A stretch of 63,982 bases of DNA, counting the filler, from Octopus bimaculoides (taxonomy: Eukaryota): assembly GCF_001194135.2 (NCBI RefSeq). It is 5 parts of 5 records of this genome, joined end to end, with 100 filler letters (N's around TTAATTAATTAA, not from the genome) between each part and the next. Parts side by side here need not be neighbours in the genome. Positions count along the whole stretch, not along the records: positions 47,132 to 58,177 come from NC_069001.1; positions 58,278 to 62,785 come from NC_068987.1; positions 62,886 to 63,982 come from NC_068983.1; 2 more parts are not named here. One strand, written 5' to 3'. The position numbers and the translations under genes are program-made. Numbering within the stretch: position 1 is the stretch's first letter; the number at the start of each line of letters is the position of its first letter. The notes below the pieces were generated by a model. It saw only the letters and a program-made list of their open reading frames with translations, was not told where the DNA came from and did no database searches. Shown one piece after another: positions 52,335-62,983 of the stretch.

Positions 52335-53618
52335 CAGGGTGCGGCGAATAAACTGTCATCTAAATTACGCAAAAACGAAAATGACACTGACATCTCATTT
52401 TAACAGATATATTTACCAAAATTACAAAAAAATATTTTGAAATACTATAGAGTGAATTTATTCAATAAAATCGCCATTGGCTTCAACTACGGCCTCCAGA
52501 CGACTTTGGAATCTCCTGCAACTCTTCTGGATGGTCTCCTTGTTTAAGTTGGTGAATGTTTTCATAATCCTTGCCTTCAATTCATCTTTGGTGTTACAAG
52601 GAATTTTGTTAGTCTCTTGCTCCACTGCACCCCACACATAATAACCAAGGGGGGTTGCAGCCTGGGGATTAGGTGGCCAGATGTTAGGGGTGTTGTGGTC
52701 ACAGAAATTGTCTGGCAGTCATGACTGGGTTCTCTTGCTTGTGTAGCATGATGCAGACATAGGGCCTTCCAGCAGCCATCCTCTTGACCCAGGGCAACAC
52801 TACCTCCTCCAGGCACTTGATGTAGCCTTCCATGTTGAGAGTGAGGCCATGTGGGAAGATGAATGGAGGCATAACATCACTATCACTAGTGATCACTCCA
52901 AACACCATGATGCTGACTGGATGTTTGATTTCTATCACTTTCGGTACATGTTTTGGGGACACAGCAAGCCAACAGTTGTTCTGTGTGTTCACTATCTGAT
53001 CCTGGCAGAAATTTTTCTTGTCTGAGAAAAACCAATGCATGTTCAGTTGGAGGGGATGCTTGAGTTTGTTCAAAAGCTTCATAACATGGTCTTTCCTCTT
53101 GTTCTTGATCGCTTAGGATAAATATTGGCCCTTTCTCATCTTGCATGAGGAATACTGAATGTCTTCATGCACTACTGCCTGATAAGAAACTCAGGCACTC
53201 CCATGTTCCTGGCAATGGATCTAATTGACTTGGAGGGATCGTTGTCAATGATGGCCTGAATCTCACCAACAAGTTCAAGAGTTCTTTTCTTATCAGAATG
53301 ACCAGAGTCAGTTTTCCGAGCTGCTGTACCTTCATAATTACCATTAAACTCATCCATTCTTTCTGAATCCTCTGCACTGTCCTTAGATTGACACTTAAAC
53401 ACACTGAAATGTTCATATGGGAGCTTCCAGTGCGAATGCCAAGCAGTACAGCATGCCGTTTCCAAATTTCTGGCAGAGTGAATCGTGTTTTGGTGCTGTT
53501 TTTCTCACATACGGTGCCCAACTGACCCTACTAAACTGTGTAGTTGACAAAATCAAAAACAATGCCCATGTGCAAAATTAAAAATATAAAATGGTGACAA
53601 TTTACCCATCGCACCCTG
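52335..53618 (-). mobile_element. Near full-length, frameshifted Tc1/mariner-superfamily transposon (maT/DD37D-like) in a COP1 intron
   Basis: Imperfect TIRs CAGGGTGCG....TAAA(C/T)TGTCA at both ends, in TA context. Minus frames give HTH SIRSIARNMGVPEFLIRQ, WFFSDKKNF, MVFGVITSDSDVMPPFIF and IWPPN.PGCNP.GYYVW. Confidence 0.9.
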
Positions 53619-53629
53619 TATATGTATGA

Positions 53630-53935
53630 AGGTATGTGGCTTAGTGGCTAGGTTATTCAGCCCACAATCATAAGGTAGTGAGTTCAATACTCGGTGGTGC
53701 ACCGTGCTCTTGAGCAAGACACTTTATTTCATGTTGCTGCAGTCTATTCAGCTAGCAAAAACACATAACTAATTCAAAGGGTTGGCCTTGTCACTCCCTG
53801 TGTCAGCTGAATTCCCCTGAGAGCTACATTAAGGGTACACGTGTCTGTGGAGTGCTCAGCCACTTGCATGTTAATTTCACAAGCAAGCTGTTCTGTTCTG
53901 TTGATTGGATCAACTGGAACATACATTGTTGTAAA
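53630..53935 (+). mobile_element. SINE family D
   Basis: Head GTGGCTTAGTGGCTAGG...GTGAGTTCAATACTCGG and body GTGGAGTGCTCAGCCACTTGCATGTTAATTTCAC. Confidence 0.8.
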
Positions 53936-53959
53936 CCAATGGAGTGCCAGAATGTATAT

Positions 53960-53999
<40 letters not shown>

Positions 54000-54127
54000 T
54001 ATATATAAAGTAATGGCNNNNNNNNNNNNNTGCTACTGCTATTTAGCAAAGGAAAAAGAATTAACAGCATCCTGCCCAGGCAAACTGCATCCTCTGACAG
54101 GTGTCTTCAGGTTGTCAGATTGATTGT

Positions 54128-54312
54128 GGTGGCACGTAAAAGCACCCACTACACTCTCGGAGTGGTTGGCGTTAGGAAGGGCATCCAGCTGTAGAAACTG
54201 TCAAATCAGATTGGAGCCTGGTGTAGCCATCTGGTTTCACCAGTCCTCAGTCAAATCGTCCAACCCATGCTAGCATGGAAAGCAGACGTTAAACAATGAT
54301 GATGATGATGGT
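54128..54312 (+). mobile_element. Family C retroposon 3' end with (ATG)n tail
   Basis: GGTGGCACGTAAAAGCACCCACTACACTCTCGGAGTGGTTGGCGTTAGGAAGGGCATCCAGC...GACGTTAAACAATGATGATG. Confidence 0.9.
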
Positions 54313-54980
54313 GATGAATCCCTGTTGTAAGGTAGCTGATATTGCAAAGCTACACCAAATGAGTCAGAGTATGTCTGTGGCATATCTCTGTCAACTTGGC
54401 TACTATGGCAGAGCAGAGAGAAGGAAACCACTTCTTCAACCAGAAATGAAAGGGAAAACATCTTTCAGAACTGATGGAGTCTATTTACTTTTGAGGTGTG
54501 TGCATATGTGAGAGAGAGAGGATGTTAAGAGGAAAGAGGGAAAAGAAAGGCTGTCGAGATATAGGAGGGAGGATGTAGAGCAATGGTGAAGTTGGAGAAG
54601 CAGAAGTAATAATAGTGAAATACAGGGTGAAAAGAGCAGATGAAATACGAGGTATATGTAGTGAGAAATGAAGTAGATGAGATTAAATGTGTGAAGAGAG
54701 AGAGAGAGAGAGGGAGACAGATAAGGAGACAGAGGGTGATATTGGAGATGCAGAAAGAGAGAGGATATTGTTAAAGTGATAAACAGAGAGGAGGTAGTGT
54801 TGGAGAGAGAAACAGGAATATAGAAAACAGTGAGAAGGGGGACATGAGAAACTGCAAATTTATTGTAAAATAAGATAAGGTACATTGGAACATTAATGAT
54901 ACATTTAGGGGTACATCAGTGTGTTTATGAAAGAAAGATGTGGTGGCTTACATCCATGCATCAAAGACAGCCAATCTTAC

Positions 54981-55062
54981 CTTTTGAATCATCTGAACCT
55001 GACGCTAACAATTTGGGGTCCATCCGGTTAAAATCCACACTCCAGCACCTTTTCTCATGTTC
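54981..55062 (-). CDS. COP1: COP1 WD40 exon (82 nt): [27 protein letters not shown](V)
   Basis: Acceptor TCTCTCCAAAG and donor GTAAGA; matches COP1 [25 protein letters not shown]. Confidence 0.96.
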
Positions 55063-55822
55063 CTTTGGAGAGAAAGGAGACAGAATTGAGAGACAGAGGA
55101 ATGAACAGACACACAAACTAACAGAGAAAGGGAAGCGTACTGAGAGACAGGGACATGTAACAAACAATGCAACATCACTCACACTGACACGAAGAAAGAA
55201 GACAGTATTAAGAGACAAATGAATAAATCGGCAATTAGACATTTTTGACATAATCACAGAGATAAACATATAGGGATCAGCATGAGTTGTTAGAATTAGT
55301 AGTTCTGTGACTGCTATTTCTAAATTTTCAGTATGTTGGTGAAGCAACTCATGCTGATCCCTATATGTTTATAATTATAAATGTTTTACCGATAAAGGTT
55401 TTTTTGCATACTGAACTACTTGGCAAAATTGTTAATTATTAATTTTATTAACTAATTGGCAATTCCCTGCCCTATATCTATAATCACAGAGATACACAGA
55501 AGAAAGATAGAGAGCCAATATCTAGGCAGTGGTCAGACGTCACCTACAGACAATGGGGAGTCATGGTGAAAATGGTGATGAATTGACAAGGTTGCTACAG
55601 CACTGGACATATTGCATTTGCAGCAGCAGTTCTGACAGTACTGAGTTGAAATCACATCAAAGTTAGCTTTGTCTTTCATCCTTTTGAGATCAACAAAAAA
55701 AGGACTAATCTAAGGTGGTGGATTGACAGAACTGTAAGAATGTTGAACTAGATGTCTTGTGGTGTTTGTTTTGGCTATTTACATTCTGAGTTCAAATCCC
55801 ACTGTAGCCTACATGGGTAATC

Positions 55823-55985
55823 ATCATCATCATCATCATCGTTTAACGTCCGCTTTCCATGCTAACATGGGTTGGACGATTTGACTGAGGACTGGTGAAA
55901 CCAGATGGCTACACCAGGCTCCAATCTGATCTGGCAGAGTTTCTACAGCTGGATGCCCTTCCTAACGCCAACCACTCCAAGAGTA
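55823..55985 (-). mobile_element. Family C retroposon 3' end
   Basis: Near-identical to 44031-44170 and 57925-58177. Confidence 0.9.
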
Positions 55986-56256
55986 AATCCAAATAAAGTA
56001 TATCTGTCACCCAATTTAACATCACAAACTGGCACCTTGGGTGCCTTTAACAGAATCAACTCTGCAGTAAACATTCAAGCCAGGTTACCAATTTGAAGAC
56101 AGAATACCTCTTTTCCCCGTCTTGGAGGCCCTGTAAAGTGTCATAGGCACTGCCTACACTCCTGGCTAAATGATTTTAAAAAAAATTCAAACCCACAATC
56201 AGATATGCAAGACAATTTTTTTCTTCTGTAAATAAAGAGTTAAGGTAGGTTCTTAC

Positions 56257-56365
56257 CTGGAAAACCCTGGTTTTTGTTCCATGAAAAGCATCCCAAAGCG
56301 TAACGGTACCTTCGTAATCAGAACTGGCCAACATACTTTTGTGATAGGAACTCCAGGTAACACAG
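56257..56365 (-). CDS. COP1: COP1 WD40 exon (109 nt): (S)[36 protein letters not shown]
   Basis: Acceptor CTGTTGTAG and donor GTAAGA; matches COP1 [19 protein letters not shown]. Confidence 0.96.
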
Positions 56366-56528
56366 CTACAACAGAGTTAAATAACGAAAATAACAGCTTA
56401 TCCAAACAAGCAATGCAAAAGAAACAATGTTAATCCATTCATCTTCTCCACCCACTAATCCTGAGTGGCTCATCAAGATATTACCCTCAGACACCTCCTC
56501 CATAGGGTCCTATCAGAAGCAACTGTCA

Positions 56529-56800
56529 TTACACTTTCCTGCTTGATTCCCATGTGTGATTGACTAAGAGGTGGTTATTATCCAACCATCTCATTCTTGG
56601 TCTACTCAAAGGTCTCTTACCAGTTAGCCTGGCTTGAAAAATCAGTTTGTGACATTCTAGCCATATATTTGTTGTACCAGAGCAGTGACCTCTCAACATG
56701 GAGAAGTAACATACAAATCCATTGTGTGCATGACTGATCATTAATATCTCTGATACTGAAAACATGACTACACAACATAGCTTCAATAAATTGGTCAGTT
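56529..56800 (-). mobile_element. Degenerate RTE-like LINE 3' fragment
   Basis: KLIFQARLTGKRPLSRPRMRWLDN resembles RTE C-termini (G...GKR.RGRPR.RW.D). Confidence 0.6.
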
Positions 56801-57048
56801 GTCCGAACTTGCTGTTTAACTGCCAGCTGAACAAAAGTAAGTGCACACACAAAGGATAACAGTAGCAGTTCAAAGACATATCATCATCATCATAATCCAT
56901 TATACACAATGAAAGCAACATCAGATTAAAATAGCCATCTGGTATCATATTTAATGTAAATATATCATGAAAGGCAAGTTAACTGTAGCATTTGTTCTGA
57001 AATACTATCTCTTATGGACTTGCTGTATTTGAAAACAATATATATATA

Positions 57049-57448
57049 GGCGTAGCAGTGGCTGTGTGGTAAGTAGCTTGCTTACCAACCACATGGCTCT
57101 GGGTTCAGTCCCACTGCGTGGCACCTTGGGCAAGTGTCTTCTACTATAGCCTTGTGAGTGGATTTGGTAGAAGGAAACTGAAAGAAGCCCGTCATATATA
57201 TGTATATATATATGTATGTATGTCTGTGTTTATGTTTGTGTGTCTTTGTTTGTCCCCCCACCATCGCTTGACAACCGATGCTGGTGTGTTTACATCCCCG
57301 TAACTTAGTGGTTCGGTTAAAGAGACCGATAGAATAAGTACTAGGCTTACAAAGAATAAGTCCTGGGGGTCAATTAGCTCGACTAAAAAGGCAGTGCTCC
57401 AGCAGGGCCACAGTCAAATGACTGAAACAAGTAAAAGAGTAAAAGAGA
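57049..57448 (+). mobile_element. Full-length SINE family A
   Basis: Head GGCGTAGCAGTGGCTGTGTGGTAAGTAGCTTGC..., internal TA/TG tract, 3' tail GACTGAAACAAGTAAAAGAGTAAAAGAG. Confidence 0.9.
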
Positions 57449-57805
57449 ATATAATGGAAGCAGATGAAATCAAACAACAGCAACTGGTGAGAATGTAGAG
57501 AGCAGTGAGTACATACCATTGACAATACCCAACAACGCAGAAATGTGTATCAGGCATACTCTCTAGCTGCTGCTGCAAGGATTTTCGTCTGCCACTGCTA
57601 CATTTGTCTATGGTCGAGTGCTCTTTCCGTTACCAACCCTTATGTTTCCGAGTAAGGCAATATTTTCCCTCTAACCAGGAACGTTTTAACAATAAGAAAA
57701 TCCACCCCACATCATCAAATTCCATCAATTAACAAAAAAGACAGACAACACCCAATCTCTTCATTCTCAAAAACGACTTGTCAAAAGTTGCAGAATGGAA
57801 CAAAC

Positions 57806-57888
57806 CTTATCTTGGAATTGCAGACCATTTCATGGACTGGGTAATGTATGTCAACCACATCTTTTATTACAGCCTCATATTCAAAGAC
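57806..57888 (-). CDS. COP1: COP1 exon (83 nt): VFEYEAVIKDVVDIHYPVHEMVCNSKI(S)
   Basis: Acceptor TTTTACTCTCAG and donor GTTTGT. Its terminal AG joins the first C of the next exon to give Ser. Matches COP1 V.EY..VI.D.VDIHYP..EM.CNSKIS. Confidence 0.95.
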
Positions 57889-57922
57889 CTGAGAGTAAAA
57901 TAGATCAAAAGATTTTTGTATT

Positions 57923-57924
<2 letters not shown>

Positions 57925-57959
<35 letters not shown>

Positions 57960-58177
57960 TTAACGTCCGCTTTCCATGCTAGCATGGGTTGGACGATTTG
58001 ACTGAGGACTGGTGAAACCAGATGGCTACACCAGGCTCCAGTCTGATTTGGCAGAGTTTCTACAGCTGGATGCCCTTCCTAACGCCAACCACTCAGAGAG
58101 TGTAGTGGGTGCTTTTACGTGTCACCCGCACGAAAACGGCCACGCTCGAAATGGTGTCTTTTATGTGCCACCCGCAC
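57925..58177 (-). mobile_element. Family C retroposon 3' end
   Basis: (CAT)n followed by the family C sequence, running into a scaffold join. Confidence 0.9.
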
Positions 58178-58277
58178 NNNNNNNNNNNNNNNNNNNNNNN
58201 NNNNNNNNNNNNNNNNNNNNNTTAATTAATTAANNNNNNNNNNNNNNNNNNNNNNNNNNNNNNNNNNNNNNNNNNNN
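58178..58277. other. Artificial scaffold join, N44-TTAATTAATTAA-N44
   Basis: Linker at 58222-58233 flanked by 44 N on each side. Confidence 0.9.
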
Positions 58278-58746
58278 TAAAAGAACAAAATAAGAACTTT
58301 TCGTTAGAATGGTCTGTTATAGGGAGAAATTTCCCATACGATAAGGGTCGGAGGTATTGCAGCTTGTGCAATCTTGAGTTGTTTTTTATTCTATTTTCTA
58401 AGCATAAACTAATTAATAAACTAACATATAATTGGTTCAGATGTGTTCACGTTCGCAAACATACTTATTTTTGGTTTAGATAATTTCATTGTTTATTTCT
58501 CCTATAGCAGAACTTTGTTATGATCGGGTATTAAGGTCTGGGTTTTAGTATTTTTAGTTCTGCTATTGCTCTATTTACTTATTCGTACATCTGTTCATAT
58601 ACATGTGCAAGTGTATATACATATGCATAGGTATACGTGGAAAAATGTGGGTATTTATGTGTATGTATATGTGTGTGGATATATGTATATGGGTATGTGT
58701 ATGTATATGTGTATGTATGTATATGTGTGTATGTACTTATATGTAG

Positions 58747-58800
<54 letters not shown>

Positions 58801-60690
58801 NNNNNNNNNNNNNNNNNNNNNNNNNNNNNNNNNNNNNNNNNNNNNNNNNNNNNNNNNNNNNNNNNNNNNNNNNNNNNNNNNNNNNNNNNNNNNNNNNNNN
58901 NNNNNNNNNNNNNNNNNNNNNNNNNNNNNNNNNNNNNNNNNNNNNNNNNNNNNNNNNNNNNNNNNNNNNNNNNNNNNNNNNNNNNNNNNNNNNNNNNNNN
59001 NNNNNNNNNNNNNNNNNNNNNNNNNNNNNNNNNNNNNNNNNNNNNNNNNNNNNNNNNNNNNNNNNNNNNNNNNNNNNNNNNNNNNNNNNNNNNNNNNNNN
59101 NNNNNNNNNNNNNNNNNNNNNNNNNNNNNNNNNNNNNNNNNNNNNNNNNNNNNNNNNNNNNNNNNNNNNNNNNNNNNNNNNNNNNNNNNNNNNNNNNNNN
59201 NNNNNNNNNNNNNNNNNNNNNNNNNNNNNNNNNNNNNNNNNNNNNNNNNNNNNNNNNNNNNNNNNNNNNNNNNNNNNNNNNNNNNNNNNNNNNNNNNNNN
59301 NNNNNNNNNNNNNNNNNNNNNNNNNNNNNNNNNNNNNNNNNNNNNNNNNNNNNNNNNNNNNNNNNNNNNNNNNNNNNNNNNNNNNNNNNNNNNNNNNNNN
59401 NNNNNNNNNNNNNNNNNNNNNNNNNNNNNNNNNNNNNNNNNNNNNNNNNNNNNNNNNNNNNNNNNNNNNNNNNNNNNNNNNNNNNNNNNNNNNNNNNNNT
59501 ATATATATATATATATTATAATGTACCGATCCGTGAAGAAAATTCAAGAAAAAATGTACTTCGTCTGGTGAATGGATCGACGAAATGTAGTCTTTGGTTG
59601 AAGGAGAGGAAATCCTGTTTAGATCTAAGATTCCTATACAGGTCAGAAGTTTTCAGTGTTTGCATAGATATGTATAAATATATTCTGAAGAATTGGAAAA
59701 TTCCGCCTATTCCTGACTAACTTGATACCTTTCCAGCCTTATCATTTAAGGTCTAAAAGGAGGATAGCTCTTTTACCATTTTAACTCTTACTTTTTATCT
59801 TTGACATTTTAATTTCTGTTTTTCGTTTTCCGTTATTTCCTGTCTGCATTTTCTATATGCTGCCTTCTCAGTTTATTTCGTATTTCTGCTATAATTTGTT
59901 TACTTCGTAATATGTAGTTTGCGCCTTAAGAAAATGTTATATTTCTCCCAACATATGAAACTATTAATAGCATGTAATGTGACCTTAAATAAGTAAATAA
60001 TATATATAATGTGACCTTAAATAAATAATATATATATACACATATATTGTATAAGTATGAGAGTATTTTATTCATTCCTTATGTCACTTCCCTTTCCATT
60101 CTTCCGGTCGTTACCTCCTGACATATTAAGTAAATAGGTAAACCGTCTTTTTGAATCTTAAACGGAAAGTGCGAAGATTTATTTCTTACCATTATTAGCC
60201 AAAATCTACTGATTGTCTGTCAGTTAGAGTCAGCCTAACTAACCAGTAGATCAATTCTACAACACATCACATATTTATTCCAACCGAAACCAAGCATAAT
60301 ATTTATGGTAAAAGATGATTTCTCCGTCGAAGAATCGCAGGGAATTTATTTTTCTTCGAAGCTGATGATTTATTCTGCCGATCGCTATAAAAAAAAAGAA
60401 CAACAACTTATTGTTTATTTTGCAGTTCAGACATAAGCATTAATGTAAGCATAGACTTGTGTAAAATGTCTTGGACAAATGGTAAATATATTAACGTTGT
60501 TTCTTTCATGGTTCTGTCTTTGGAAACATTCAAAGAGTAGGAAGTTGTGTTGAGACTGACCGATCATCTTATGTATTCACATTCGGACTACATTAATATG
60601 TAAGTATAAAATATATTGAATTAACATTTTTTATATATTACACTAAATTCCGATATAATCGTAATCTATACCACATGAAAGGTATTTGTA

Positions 60691-60804
60691 CAGGGTGTCC
60701 ACAAGGTCTGGGTACATGGAGTAAATAAAATCATAACATAAACAATTAAATATAAGAAACAGTAATTTCTTATCCCCATGTACCCAGACTTTGTGGACAC
60801 TCTG
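60691..60804. mobile_element. 114-bp Tc1/mariner-type MITE with 29-bp TIRs and TA duplication
   Basis: TA-CAGGGTGTCCACAAGGTCTGGGTACATGG ... CCATGTACCCAGACTTTGTGGACACTCTG-TA, with two mismatches between the arms. Confidence 0.9.
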
Positions 60805-61269
60805 TAGAAAATTATGAAAGTTATGATGAAACAAAGGGAGCTCTCTTGTGTAGGTATACTTTATATTGTTATTAATTCTGTATGTTACCTGAAAATACAG
60901 GTGTATTAATGTAACACACACACATCGTATATTTGTTAATTAATTATGTGTATTTTGAAATGCAGAATGGTGTCATTTGGTTGCTATTTTTAGAATGTCT
61001 GTTACCTTAGCTGACACCTTTGTGTTTTTATTTTAAGAATAAGTGAAATGAACTCCAAAGACTTCTATCCCAATATTTTTCTTTCATTGTATATAGATAC
61101 CAGGGGTGTTTGAGTGTTCTTAGACATGAACAAAATTTACACGTTTTGATAAATGTTAAAAAAAATATAAATTTATAGGCAGCCTTCGATTGTGTTTCTA
61201 GCCAAAACGGTTTTCAGCCCAATATGCAAATACTGGCTTTATCTGCGCCGGGTTCTGCATTTAGAAACG

Positions 61270-61399
61270 AATGGTCCAGATGGAGGATATATAAACGGAA
61301 CCCTTCCTCCCTTAAATTTTTTTTTTACGGAATCCGTAACAAAAAAAAAAAAACAAGTGGGGGAAGGGTTCCGTTTACACATCTTCCATCTGGACCATT
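61270..61399. repeat. Inverted repeat (~40-bp arms)
   Basis: AATGGTCCAGATGGAGGATATATAAACGGAACCCTTCC ... GGAAGGGTTCCGTTTACACATCTTCCATCTGGACCATT. Confidence 0.85.
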
Positions 61400-61981
61400 A
61401 AGTGTATCTAATTTGGTAATTGCTGGAATATCTAACGTAAAGTATGTAGATTTGCATTCCAGTAACTTGAAAATTAGACAGAAGCAAAACGGATATTTTT
61501 GAATATTATCCATTTGTCGACATAATTAAAGTTGCAGTGCCCCACGACTTGTCCTTTAAGAAAGTTATGAGAAAAGGTGGGGGCGGGCGGCAAACTCTCT
61601 TTGTAAATATCTCATCGAAAAGGGAGGGAAATGTATTTAAAGAAGTAAATTAATAAAACTACAGATATTTAATCAGATATCATCCTACAAAAGTATAGTT
61701 TAATAGTAATAATAATTTTTGATAGACACTGCTATCGAAGCTTCTATTTACTGCTGCTAGAAATAGTCTTGTGGGTCGTCTCCATCTTAGTTTAGAGTCT
61801 TTGAATGTTCCGCCCTGTATATTCTGTAGTCAAGACTTGGAATTAAGAGGAAATTTCAGACTTTATGGTCTGGAATATAATTTCCAAAAACAAATAGTCG
61901 ACAGTCGGATTCATTTTGTTTGTTTACGCTTGATCAATAAAATTTAGAGCAGTTTATGTTACGTATTACTACTGGGAGGGT

Positions 61982-62336
61982 GGAGGCGCAATGGCCCAGT
62001 GGTAAGGGCAGCGAACTCGCGGTTTCGATTCTCAGACCTGGCATTGTGAGTGTTTATTGAGCGAAAAACATCTAAAGCTCCACGAGGCTCCGGCAGGGGA
62101 TGGTGGCGACCCCTGCTATACTCTTCCACCACAACTTTCTCTCACTCTTACTTCCTGTTTCTGTTGTACCTGTAATTCAAAGGTTCAGCCTTGTCACACT
62201 GTGTCACGCTGAATATCCCCGAAAACTACGTTAAGGGTATACGTGTCTTGTGGAGTGCTCAGCCACTTGCACGTTAATTTCACGAGCAGGCTATTCCGTT
62301 GATTGGATCAACTGGAACCCTCGACAACAACAATAT
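61982..62336 (+). mobile_element. Full-length SINE family D with 12-bp target-site duplication
   Basis: TACTGGGAGGGT at 61970-61981 and again at 62337-62348. tRNA-like head GGAGGCGCAATGGCCCAGTGGTAAGGGCAGCG...GGTTTCGATTCTC; (CAA)n tail. Confidence 0.9.
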
Positions 62337-62510
62337 TACTGGGAGGGTTCGATTAGTTTAGGAAGCTAAATAAGATTGTCACAGTGTTCTGATTTTGTAT
62401 CTGCCCATGACTCATGCTTTTAGTGTAGGAGTATAAACCAAAATAAATTGGGCTGTCAAATGTTTGTTTAGAAAAAGAATTTTCTATTTTAGACCACACT
62501 CCAAGAAGTA

Positions 62511-62785
62511 AGGTGGAGAGGTTGTTCCACTAGGCTCCTCACAGGCAAAGAACACAGGTACAAGATTTTCTGGGCAGGAAACACAGACGGGGTCGGGGGC
62601 GTGGGTATACTTCTTGCAGAGAAATGGGTGGATAAGGTAATCGAGGTGGTTAGAGTATGCGATAGAATACTTAAGATTAGATTAGTCCTACACCATGGTT
62701 TAGCAACCGTTATCTCGGCCTATGCCCTTCAGCCCGGGCTACCCGACGGACAGAAAGACCAATTTTATGACACCCTTCTGCAGAC
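62511..62785 (+). mobile_element. RTE-clade LINE apurinic endonuclease fragment
   Basis: RWRGCSTRLLTGKEHRYKIFWAGNTDGVGGVGILLAEKWVDKVIEVVRVCDRILKIRLVLHHGLATVISAYALQPGLPDGQKDQFYDTLLQ shows the APE motifs GVGILL, DRI and ISAYAPQ. Cut by a scaffold join. Confidence 0.9.
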
Positions 62786-62885
62786 NNNNNNNNNNNNNNN
62801 NNNNNNNNNNNNNNNNNNNNNNNNNNNNNTTAATTAATTAANNNNNNNNNNNNNNNNNNNNNNNNNNNNNNNNNNNNNNNNNNNN
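62786..62885. other. Artificial scaffold join, N44-TTAATTAATTAA-N44
   Basis: Linker at 62830-62841 flanked by 44 N on each side. Confidence 0.9.

Positions 62886-62983
<98 letters not shown>

Noticed and set aside
1135-59720. Dozens of long ORFs in the track (poly-X, YIYI, CVCV, poly-I/L/N/S/T)
   Set aside because: They are read-through of N gaps and di-/trinucleotide microsatellites and have no domain content.
61982-62040. tRNA genes (also at 9699, 23408, 38088, 53630, 57049)
   Set aside because: They have A/B-box-like heads but no complete cloverleaf and continue into repeat bodies with tails or target duplications; they are SINE heads.
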